DNA of 50,403 bases. Origin: Shigella phage Sfin-1. Numbering within the stretch: the first letter of the stretch is position 1; the number at the start of each line of letters is the position of its first letter. Below the pieces are notes generated by a model, which saw only the letters and a list, made by a program, of their open reading frames with translations, searched no databases and had not been told where the DNA came from. The stretch is taken from sequence record NC_047998.1, one strand, 5' to 3'. Made by a program: the position numbers and the translations under genes. Below, piece after piece: positions 43,035 through 50,403 of the stretch.

Positions 43035-45842
43035 TCATTTTTTGAACATCATTTCTACGCCCTGAGAAATTCCTCTCGGATCTGAACCGTTGTCAACTTT
43101 AACCTCCATACCCCTAACATCAACGACCGTCCCGCCTGCTGACTGGTTCGCTGCCTTCGGTGCGGATTTAGATGCGTTAAATCCAGAGGTTGCAACACTA
43201 CCCGCAGCGGCAGCAAGCGAGGTAACGGCAACGCCTGAAGATAAAGACCTAAAACCAGAGACGGCAGGCGTAGGAGTTGCCTGTGATGCCGCAGAAGCGC
43301 TAGAGGTCAATCCACTTGCAAAACTCCATGTCTTACCTCCCGTCATGCCTGAGATCGTATTGAAGATTACCATCTGAGCAATCATCTTGATAATCATGCT
43401 AATGATATTTTTCGCAAAGTCCTCAAAATTTGCCTTACCTGTAGTAAGGAATTGGGTCATCATATCACTCATTCCGTTAAGTGAACTTGACGCGATATCA
43501 TACACGTTGCCGTACATATCCATTGCAGAATCGCCGTAATCTGCAAATGCGCTTTCAGCACCAGCTAACCAGTCAGCGCGCTTGGCATCTTCCGCAGCAT
43601 AGTAATCATTTTGTGCCTTGATCATGTTCTGGAGTTTTTCATCTCCTTCGCTGCCACCTGCATTAATATAGTCAGTGGTGATCTTAGCCAATTCCGCTTG
43701 TCGTTCCATTTCTCGAGTGCTCATCCCGCGAGACGCGTTTAGCTGCTCTGTAGCTGCCGTCAAATCATTGACAAATTTCAGTGATTTATCGGTAAGTGCG
43801 TTCAACTGCTGCTGCTTAACAATCTGATCGCCAATCTCAGCCTTTTGTTTCGCAAGCTCTAAAACCTTCTCTTGGTTTGCAAGTAGTGCTTTTTCTTCCG
43901 CAGATAGCTGACGCTTAGAACTAGCTTCTCGAAGAACAGCAATTGTAGCCTCAGTCGTAAAAAGCGCCTTTCTCTGTGCTGATATTTTTTGCCCGATCTC
44001 CTTGTGCTCCTGCAAAACCTTAAGCTGCGCTTTGAGTGAAATTAACTCCTTATCGAATTGCTCTGTAGGTGAGCGTAAAATTTTCGACTGCTTATTTCGT
44101 TCACGGTTTCGCTTTTCGATCTCTTTAGCTTCTTCCTTGATGGCGTCCTTAGTTTCCTGGCTATACTGCTTTTCAAGAGTACGGCGCTGCTTCATTGCTT
44201 CAATGTATCCCATCTCACCTTTTTCAACACGGGCGTTGATGGCATCAAGCTCTGAAGCTAACTGATCGTAGTTGTCACGAGAACTTTTTACAATATTCTC
44301 CTGTTCCTTTAGTACATCAGCGCCGAAATCACTCATTCCAGGCAGAGACTGCGTAGCCTTAATTGCAGAGGCTATAAAGTTTGAGATGTACTCATCACCC
44401 TTCGCCAGAATCATTTTTACCTGAATTACCGTACCCTGAACTACGTCAATAATCAGGTTTAATGCTCCGAGAGTATGATCCCCAACCCACCCCCACGCAT
44501 CAGAGGCCCACTGCTTAATATCGTTCCACATTTTTTCCAGAGGGGTAGCATTATCAGCGATCGACTTCATTCGTTTTTCCATTACATCGGCGAATAATTT
44601 CGTGGCTTCAGACACTGCCTCTGTTTCACCCTTAGTACGGCTTAGCGTATCGATATATGTCAGTTGCCCTTTTTCTAAAAAGTTGTATTGCTCGTTAAGT
44701 TTAGCCAGACCCTTTACAGGATCGCTTGCGATTTTATCGAACTCAGCGATGATTTTACTTGCTGATTTACCGGTTGCTGTCGACCACTCAGCGGTAGCCT
44801 TTGTGATGTTCTGAATCTGCTCTCGCGTATACTTCCCCGTACTGGCAAGTTCAGTAACAATCTCACGAATGCTTGAAATTGTTGAATTGCTCGTCTGAGA
44901 CACCTTTTTAGCAACAGAATCAAGTTCTTCAGCCGTGACTCCTGCATAACCTCCAGTCTCAACAAGAGCCTTCTGCATATCAGTTATTGACTTGTAAGAG
45001 TCATAACCAGCTTTCGCAAGAAGACCTAAAGAGCCGACAAGAACACCAACACCAACTGTGACCGGATTAATATAGCTGAGCAATACCTTAAACGTATTCC
45101 CGATCCCGCCGAACGAGTCCTTGATTTGACCACCTTGCTGGATGGCAACCATCCAAACTGGCATACCGGACGCAAGAGATGTAACGACGTCGGTAATCTG
45201 TGCAGGAAGCATTCGCATTGCCTGCCTATATTGCCCCGCGCTAATACCTGCGGCATTCATGGCTCGACCCTGCTCTTTCAGTTTTGCGATCAGTGGCGCT
45301 GCTTCATTTGATAGTCCAAGCTGAGCCGCTTTCAGTTCCATTAACTCTGCGTGAGTTTTGCCAATAGCGTTAACCTGACTGTTCAGGGAATCCATGAACG
45401 CTTTGTTTTTCGCTGCTGCCTGCTCTTTTGCTTTCGCTTCCTGCAATGCTGCCTGCCCCTCTTCAGTAAGCATGGCTCGGCTGCGAGCAAGTTTTGCATT
45501 TTGCATGTCCAGCATTTCACCCAAACGGAAAAATGTTTCATCTGGAACAACGCCCTTTTGCCAGAGTTTATCAAGCTGCTGAGATGCAATCTTCAGCCTT
45601 TCCATTTTTGATACTGTAGGATCGATTGCCTTTTCTACAGCCTCGTACTCTTTGCGCTGGCGCTTAAGTTGCTCAGCGTGCTCTTTAGCCTTCTGTTTTG
45701 CAACCTCGGCCTCATTGATTAAAGACCCCATAGAGTCAGCGGCTTGGTCGTTAGCTTTTGAAAACTCTTTCAATGACTTGACGGCTCGCTGCACTGTCGA
45801 CACATCAACGTCAAGCGATAGACCTGCTACCTTATCAACCAT
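43035..45842 (-). CDS. Tail tape measure protein
   Basis: 935 aa, extended coiled-coil region and Gly/hydrophobic C-terminal part; start at the ATG with AAGGGGGG RBS. Confidence 0.9.
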   Translation of the reverse strand: MVDKVAGLSLDVDVSTVQRAVKSLKEFSKANDQAADSMGSLINEAEVAKQKAKEHAEQLKRQRKEYEAVEKAIDPTVSKMERLKIASQQLDKLWQKGVVPDETFFRLGEMLDMQNAKLARSRAMLTEEGQAALQEAKAKEQAAAKNKAFMDSLNSQVNAIGKTHAELMELKAAQLGLSNEAAPLIAKLKEQGRAMNAAGISAGQYRQAMRMLPAQITDVVTSLASGMPVWMVAIQQGGQIKDSFGGIGNTFKVLLSYINPVTVGVGVLVGSLGLLAKAGYDSYKSITDMQKALVETGGYAGVTAEELDSVAKKVSQTSNSTISSIREIVTELASTGKYTREQIQNITKATAEWSTATGKSASKIIAEFDKIASDPVKGLAKLNEQYNFLEKGQLTYIDTLSRTKGETEAVSEATKLFADVMEKRMKSIADNATPLEKMWNDIKQWASDAWGWVGDHTLGALNLIIDVVQGTVIQVKMILAKGDEYISNFIASAIKATQSLPGMSDFGADVLKEQENIVKSSRDNYDQLASELDAINARVEKGEMGYIEAMKQRRTLEKQYSQETKDAIKEEAKEIEKRNRERNKQSKILRSPTEQFDKELISLKAQLKVLQEHKEIGQKISAQRKALFTTEATIAVLREASSKRQLSAEEKALLANQEKVLELAKQKAEIGDQIVKQQQLNALTDKSLKFVNDLTAATEQLNASRGMSTREMERQAELAKITTDYINAGGSEGDEKLQNMIKAQNDYYAAEDAKRADWLAGAESAFADYGDSAMDMYGNVYDIASSSLNGMSDMMTQFLTTGKANFEDFAKNIISMIIKMIAQMVIFNTISGMTGGKTWSFASGLTSSASAASQATPTPAVSGFRSLSSGVAVTSLAAAAGSVATSGFNASKSAPKAANQSAGGTVVDVRGMEVKVDNGSDPRGISQGVEMMFKK

Positions 45843-45861
45843 ATAACCCCCCTTATATACA

Positions 45862-45882
45862 AAAAAACCGCCAGACGGCGGC
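45862..45882 (-). terminator. Attenuator or terminator hairpin between the chaperone and tape measure genes
   Basis: CCGCC-AGAC-GGCGG hairpin plus U7 on the minus strand. Confidence 0.5.
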
Positions 45883-46203
45883 TTAGTTATTCTGCTTAGC
45901 AATCATTTCAAGCGCTTTCGCTTCCATGATCCTAACGTCCTGCAATGCCAGTTCTTCATCTTCTATTTTATAGATTTTAAACAACATAGGCAAAACATTA
46001 TAGTCAAGACCATAAGCGCCAGCGCCTGAACTTCTCCACTGAGTGAGCATTGATGTAAAAACATTCCAAGCCTTCACCATTTCAGCGTCGCCAATTATCG
46101 TTTCAGGTTCCTCGTCTTCATAGTCTGAAAGACTTAAACCAACCGATCGCAATTGTTCCTCTGTTGGCGGCTTCTGATATAACAGATAGACCGCCCTTTT
46201 TAG
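45883..46203 (-). CDS. Tail assembly chaperone T-part, expressed as a G-T fusion by -1 frameshift
   Basis: ORF open in the -1 frame from the A_AAA_AAC heptamer (mRNA sense of 46203..46209) to 45883; no ATG of its own. Confidence 0.6.
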   Translation of the reverse strand, partial: LKRAVYLLYQKPPTEEQLRSVGLSLSDYEDEEPETIIGDAEMVKAWNVFTSMLTQWRSSGAGAYGLDYNVLPMLFKIYKIEDEELALQDVRIMEAKALEMIAKQNN

Positions 46204-46517
46204 TTTTTTGCGCGGTGTCCGGCGAGAGCCTTGATGTAAGTTGCTGTCAGGTTGTACGCTGCTGAAGGATAATACTGAACCAGTTTTCGCGCATTTTCTT
46301 CGTTAAATTCTTCTTCAAGGTTCCATCCTGACGCGATCTTGGTAATGAACTCGCTGTCGTTCATTTCTCCTTGGTTGGCATACATATCCTGAACTTCTTT
46401 ACTGGAAAGGTGGCGTACAGTGAAAATGATCGTTGCATCTTCACCGTTAGGCATGGTGAAGGTGACTGGAAGTTTGAAGTCTGGAAGTTGACCAAGAACG
46501 AAATTAAATTTAGCCAT
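46200..46517 (-). CDS. Tail assembly chaperone (lambda gpG-like)
   Basis: 105 aa between major tail and tape measure genes; ends with a slippery heptamer and stop. Confidence 0.65.
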   Translation of the reverse strand: MAKFNFVLGQLPDFKLPVTFTMPNGEDATIIFTVRHLSSKEVQDMYANQGEMNDSEFITKIASGWNLEEEFNEENARKLVQYYPSAAYNLTATYIKALAGHRAKN

Positions 46518-46540
46518 GATATTTCTCCTGATTGGTTAAT

Positions 46541-46558
46541 GGCACTTTTTGTTAAAAG
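46541..46558 (+). promoter_or_regulatory. Isolated dyad element copy (TGGCACTTTTTGTTAAAA) without a -10 partner, antisense to flanking tail genes
   Basis: Sequence match to the early-cassette dyad; no -10 hexamer at 22 bp. Confidence 0.35.
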
Positions 46559-46630
46559 AGAATAGTGCAAACTTGATACGATGATTTTACAGAAATGAAT
46601 AAGGGGGCGCAAGCCCCCTGTGGATATGAT

Positions 46631-47299
46631 TTAGGCACCAGGTGATGCCAGAGCGGATGAAACGAAAGTGAAATCACCCTTCAGGGATACGGCGAGTTGT
46701 ACCGTTTCCATTTCGTTTACTTGCGTAGATGGAATGTCGTTAAAAGACAAGATACCAGCCCACATGCGCATCTCGTTCGCTTTTGGAACATACATCCGAA
46801 CCGCAGTTACCTGACCAGAAGAATCCAGCTTACGCAGAATAGGATAGATAGGGTTATCAAATTCGTGCGCGAAGGTGTACGTTAGCGAGATTGCAGACTT
46901 AAACGTCGGGATCTGCTGCTCTTTATCGTCAGACAAACACTGATAAGTGTAATACTGCTGCTCGCCGCCGTCCTGACCAATCTCCTGTACGCAAGGGATC
47001 TCAGTCCAGCCAGTAATTTTTGCAAAGCTCATTGTACCGCCAGCCGGGAAAACAAGAGCATCAGTAGTGTCAATCCCAGCAAGAGTAATGCTTGTTTCTT
47101 GGGCGTCAGTAACAATTAGTACTCGACTAACCATCTTAGCCCAAGTTGACTGAGTTACAATAACGTAATCACCTTTCGCCAAGTCGCCCTTAGATGCAAC
47201 CGTAGCAACAGGATTTTTTGCGTTAGTGACAGCGGTCGCCTCGATCTCTTCTCCGCGAGAGGTTTCCACGAAAATTTGCGCGCCATTTGGTAAGTGCAT
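46631..47299 (-). CDS. Major tail (tube) protein
   Basis: 222 aa directly upstream of the chaperone pair and tape measure. Confidence 0.7.
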   Translation of the reverse strand: MHLPNGAQIFVETSRGEEIEATAVTNAKNPVATVASKGDLAKGDYVIVTQSTWAKMVSRVLIVTDAQETSITLAGIDTTDALVFPAGGTMSFAKITGWTEIPCVQEIGQDGGEQQYYTYQCLSDDKEQQIPTFKSAISLTYTFAHEFDNPIYPILRKLDSSGQVTAVRMYVPKANEMRMWAGILSFNDIPSTQVNEMETVQLAVSLKGDFTFVSSALASPGA

Positions 47300-47300
47300 A

Positions 47301-47699
47301 TTAAGTCTCCTTTGTGTCTACTCGTACTGTAAAGCGAACCGGAATCATCCACCCGCTTTCGTGTTTAACAATTTGATGCACGATTGCACCCTCGAAAATA
47401 TAACCAACGTTAAGCATTTTACCATCTTTGAAAAAATCAGCAATCTCTTTTGCTTTCAATCTTGCCTCGTCAACCCCTGATCCTGGAGGGAAAACCACTC
47501 CAATTTGCACGATAGCAATGTAAGACTTGCATTTTCTGTCAATGGATAGATAAAGTGTATCGCCTTCTATGTAATTAAATCTAAGCCACATACCGCCATC
47601 CTTCGGTGGTGTGAAGTTGCGGTTTTCCATGTAGTGAGGAAAATCTCTGTACTTTGACAGAAATGCGGCTCTAGCCGCCGCTGATAACTCATAGTGCAT
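47301..47699 (-). CDS. Tail terminator / tail completion protein (putative)
   Basis: Position immediately upstream of the major tail gene; 132 aa. Confidence 0.45.
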   Translation of the reverse strand: MHYELSAAARAAFLSKYRDFPHYMENRNFTPPKDGGMWLRFNYIEGDTLYLSIDRKCKSYIAIVQIGVVFPPGSGVDEARLKAKEIADFFKDGKMLNVGYIFEGAIVHQIVKHESGWMIPVRFTVRVDTKET

Positions 47700-48132
47700 T
47701 TTGTTGTCTCCTTGCTTGCTTTATTGCACCAGACATATACGATCGCAGCCTCAACGCCACCAATCCTACTACGCCGCTTGGCGCTTGCTGTGAGTGACCG
47801 TATTCAAGTGCGTTTGCATAAATCAACATGTTTGAAAAGTGAACCGAGGTTATCGCACCTCCACGGCTGAACATGCCATAAGTCTTTGCCTGTTCCTCAC
47901 CGCGTACTACACCGCCAGTTTTATCATATCGGTTTAATGCGTAGCTGGGTATTTCGTTAAAAGTTATCTGCCAGTTACCCTTAAAACGCCCAGTATCGAC
48001 AGGAGATCGGCTAACAAGAGCGCTATGCACATCTCTTACAAATATCTCAATAGCGTGCTCAAGAGTGCTCTCTGCTGCCTTAATCCACGCATCAATCTCA
48101 CCTTGAAATCTACGAATCTGATAATTAGCCAC
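47689..48132 (-). CDS. Head-tail joining / tail component (HK97 gp10-like)
   Basis: SPVDTGRFKGNW motif reminiscent of the HK97 gp10 family. Confidence 0.5.
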   Translation of the reverse strand: MANYQIRRFQGEIDAWIKAAESTLEHAIEIFVRDVHSALVSRSPVDTGRFKGNWQITFNEIPSYALNRYDKTGGVVRGEEQAKTYGMFSRGGAITSVHFSNMLIYANALEYGHSQQAPSGVVGLVALRLRSYMSGAIKQARRQQNAL

Positions 48133-48505
48133 CGACTGATACCCTCCTTAATACTGGACGATAGGCGATAGGTTCTAATGACGCCTGAACCGGACGAGCG
48201 TCAACTACAACATGACGAACACCGTCAATCTCTATATAGTCGCCTTCGTTTATTTCATGATCATTATTGAAGATCCCCAAAAGGTCGGAGGCGCGTATTG
48301 TTTCTCCGTCAACCTCCCGAGCATTTGGTCTGCGAGTGGCTCCAGATATTGGAATAACCTGTTCCATCGGTGGAATTTCGAATCCATTTTCATCGTATCC
48401 ATATTCACCTTCCTTTATCAGGTTCATAGGTCTTGATGGATCTGTGAAGAAAGCCACGCCTTTGCGAGCCATTCTTTCAATTTGTGAGTAGTTCATTAGT
48501 GGCAT
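48125..48505 (-). CDS. Head closure / head-tail adaptor protein (putative)
   Basis: Position between connector and gp10-like genes; 126 aa. Confidence 0.4.
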   Translation of the reverse strand: MPLMNYSQIERMARKGVAFFTDPSRPMNLIKEGEYGYDENGFEIPPMEQVIPISGATRRPNAREVDGETIRASDLLGIFNNDHEINEGDYIEIDGVRHVVVDARPVQASLEPIAYRPVLRRVSVGG

Positions 48506-48906
48506 CCCCCACGGAGTCCGGTCATTAATGCGAACCTACCACGGCGTCGCGCTTTAAGTTGTTCAAACATCTTACCCCACGGCGTCGAAAGCATTGTGTT
48601 TCCTGACTGGTTTTTCGTAACCTCACCAAAAGTCTGACTAAACTCACCGCTCAGTGAGAAAGACGTAACGCGTCGTGAGTAAGATTCCAGATCTTCATCT
48701 TCACCTTTTAGTGCTCCGTCAAGGAAGGCAAGATGTAAAGCATAAAGAGCAAGCGCTTTGACGTATGCGTCTTTGAAGGTCTTATGGCATACGAATAGCT
48801 CAGCCATTTCAACCCATGCATAAAGAGTTTCATCTGGAACTTTGCGAAGTGCAGGGACCAGCTTTCGCATTTGCTCAACAACTGAAATTAAAGTTTCTTG
48901 ATTCAT
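48496..48906 (-). CDS. Head-tail connector protein (gp6-like, putative)
   Basis: Helical ALALYALHLAFLDGA segment; start at the ATG with GGAG RBS. Confidence 0.45.
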   Translation of the reverse strand: MNQETLISVVEQMRKLVPALRKVPDETLYAWVEMAELFVCHKTFKDAYVKALALYALHLAFLDGALKGEDEDLESYSRRVTSFSLSGEFSQTFGEVTKNQSGNTMLSTPWGKMFEQLKARRRGRFALMTGLRGGCH

Positions 48907-48919
48907 AACCAAACTCCAC

Positions 48920-48943
48920 AAAAAAAGGCGCTACATGAGCGCC
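48920..48943 (-). terminator. Intrinsic terminator (GGCGCT-CATG-AGCGCC plus U7)
   Basis: Hairpin and T-run on the minus strand. Confidence 0.55.
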
Positions 48944-48950
48944 TTGATGA

Positions 48951-49238
48951 TTAATATTCGCCGCCGTCCTCAAGTTCTTTAACACTTTTACTATCCCACG
49001 GATCAGGCTTTTTAAGTTTAGCCATCTCTGCGCGGATTTTCCGGTTGGTGGCACTGTCGTCTTTTACTTCGATTTCTTCGCGAGCAATCAAGCAACGCAG
49101 CCCAGGCAATTCAAGTGCGGATGCTGGGAGTGTCACCTCTTCATCCGGGAGAACCTTTGCGAATGAGCCATCTTCAAGACGGAACATCTGAAGCGCCACA
49201 CCAACGTTTACGATAACAACAGTTTTTTCTTTAGCCAT
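48951..49238 (-). CDS. Hypothetical head-associated protein (95 aa)
   Basis: ORF between two terminators just downstream of the capsid gene. Confidence 0.4.
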   Translation of the reverse strand: MAKEKTVVIVNVGVALQMFRLEDGSFAKVLPDEEVTLPASALELPGLRCLIAREEIEVKDDSATNRKIRAEMAKLKKPDPWDSKSVKELEDGGEY

Positions 49239-49253
49239 TTTGATTTCTCCAAT

Positions 49254-49280
49254 AAAAAAGGGACCAACTAAGTTAGTCCC
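49254..49280 (-). terminator. Intrinsic terminator after the major capsid gene
   Basis: GGGAC...GTCCC hairpin followed by U6 on the minus strand. Confidence 0.6.
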
Positions 49281-49287
49281 TATAATA

Positions 49288-50247
49288 TTACACGCCAGTG
49301 ATTAAGACAATAGTCATCGGACGATAAATTGTAAGGCCAGTACACTTGGAGGTGCAAGGCACTTTGAAGTGCAGATCTTTCGGCTGTGCTGGCAGCATGT
49401 TAAATGCTTCCGGGATCTCGATGGACATATTCATCGGATTCTTTTCGTACACCAGCACGCCTTTAGTTCCAGCGCCATCGATATCTTCAAGTTCTGCGAT
49501 AGAGTCAATTTCGATACCAGCATTCTGAGACTTGAAATAGTCCAGATAAGACATAGTGGTTTCAGGCATACGAATAGCCAAAACCTTACGCATGGACGGC
49601 GGGATCAGAATATTGGTTGCTCGGTGCTGTCCGCGAGTAATCGTCTCGATGGTTTCGATGGCCTGAGTTAGTTCAGCTTCAGCCGTTTCTGGTTTTTGGC
49701 TAACTCCATCAATCCACTTACCTGAGGTAATTTTGGTGATGTTCGGATGGTTGAACACAGACACGATCTTGTGCGGTGCGGAGCCTTTGAACACCAGACG
49801 GTTAACCAGTTGGTCATGCGCTAGCTGACACGCACTTGCCTTGCGGGTTGACAGCGGTCGACCAGTTGCCTGACCTGCTTTGATTTCGTCGATTGAAATC
49901 AGGTACGCGTTACCCAAGCGGAACACCTTTCCGAACTCAGAAGTGCCAAGCGCATCAACCAGAGGCAGGTCATCGGTATAGTCAGCGATAATCTGCGCAG
50001 TACCAACCTTATCAAAGGTCATGTACTCAAACGTCTTGTCGGTCGGAGAGAGATCGGTTGTAACCGGGAACACACGGAGAGCAGAACCTGCCGGGTAGTC
50101 CTCTTCGTAAGACTGGCTCTTGATGCGGTGTAGCTCCTGAGCGGTCCAGATACCCATAGTTGCTGCTGCATCCTGTTTTACGCCAGCTTGGATCAGGTAC
50201 ATTTCAATATTGCTTTTATCTGCTTCATCAAATTTTTTAGTAGTCAT
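49288..50247 (-). CDS. Major capsid protein (lambda gpE-like fold, putative)
   Basis: 319 aa, AAGGAG RBS, terminator immediately downstream, position upstream of the head-tail connector genes. Confidence 0.75.
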   Translation of the reverse strand: MTTKKFDEADKSNIEMYLIQAGVKQDAAATMGIWTAQELHRIKSQSYEEDYPAGSALRVFPVTTDLSPTDKTFEYMTFDKVGTAQIIADYTDDLPLVDALGTSEFGKVFRLGNAYLISIDEIKAGQATGRPLSTRKASACQLAHDQLVNRLVFKGSAPHKIVSVFNHPNITKITSGKWIDGVSQKPETAEAELTQAIETIETITRGQHRATNILIPPSMRKVLAIRMPETTMSYLDYFKSQNAGIEIDSIAELEDIDGAGTKGVLVYEKNPMNMSIEIPEAFNMLPAQPKDLHFKVPCTSKCTGLTIYRPMTIVLITGV

Positions 50248-50302
50248 GATTACTTCTCCTTAGTTAATAAAAAAAGCGTGATTATGTTCACGGCTTCAAT
50301 AA

Positions 50303-50320
50303 TAGCACTTTTTGTTAAAG
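50303..50320 (+). promoter_or_regulatory. Isolated dyad element copy (TAGCACTTTTTGTTAAAG) upstream of the capsid gene, antisense orientation
   Basis: Sequence match to the early-cassette dyad between the capsid start and the upstream gene stop. Confidence 0.35.
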
Positions 50321-50338
50321 CGTCAAAGTGTTTTTGTG

Positions 50339-50403
50339 TTATGACTCTTCTTCTTCGGCTGGCACAGCATCAAAGACATAAGTGATCGATTCTTTAGTTT
50401 TGC
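50339..50403 (-). CDS. 3' end of a structural gene (acidic C-terminus ...AEEEES); probably the C-terminus of the Ig-domain protein whose 5' part is at 1..703
   Basis: ORF open from the window end to the TAA at 50339..50341; reading frame is continuous with the 1..703 ORF if the two window ends are joined. Confidence 0.45.
   Translation of the reverse strand, partial: KTKESITYVFDAVPAEEEES

Noticed and set aside
1-50403. Integrase, repressor/lysogeny module, tRNA genes
   Set aside because: No tyrosine or serine recombinase-like ORF and no CI-like repressor module were found. I did not recognise any cloverleaf-capable 70-90 nt segment in the intergenic gaps, although I could not run a tRNA scan. 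The phage is treated as virulent.

Overview
This 50.4-kb window reads as a near-complete genome of a virulent T1-like siphovirus (Drexlerviridae-like), inferred from gene content and order; no database search was run. Coding is dense with four strand switches. On the minus strand, 1-15.7 kb holds the packaging and head genes (small and large terminase, portal, Mu-F-like minor head protein, scaffold/protease-like protein, two paralogous decoration-like proteins) followed by about 25 small early genes, including a P-loop kinase and a HAD phosphatase. On the plus strand, 16.4-22.5 kb holds more early genes, including a Dcm-like methyltransferase and a large P-loop protein. Minus-strand genes at 22.5-29.5 kb are the lysis cassette (pinholin-like holin, SAR endolysin, T1-type unimolecular spanin), an HTH-metallophosphoesterase, Dam methyltransferase, a VRR-NUC nuclease and a helicase. 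Plus-strand genes at 29.5-32.9 kb are a Cro/YdaS-like HTH protein, a primase and a tail fiber with a C-terminal S74 chaperone domain. A minus-strand Exo-Erf-SSB module sits at 32.9-35.2 kb, then a plus-strand lipoprotein plus candidate receptor-binding protein at 35.7-36.9 kb, then the minus-strand lambda-like tail module (J, I, K, L, M, tape measure, G/GT chaperones, major tail protein), head-tail connectors and the major capsid protein at 36.9-50.2 kb. The most striking non-coding signal is a family of about 20 conserved promoter-like cassettes (a TAGCA-N5-TGCTA dyad 22 bp upstream of a -10 hexamer, usually followed by a hairpin) that flank almost every early gene. There are also two TA-rich divergent control regions with different repeated half-sites, a canonical A_AAA_AAC -1 frameshift site in the tail chaperone, and an Ig-domain head gene that is in frame across the two window ends. 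No integrase, tRNA or CRISPR array was seen. All functional calls rest on motifs read by eye from the translations.
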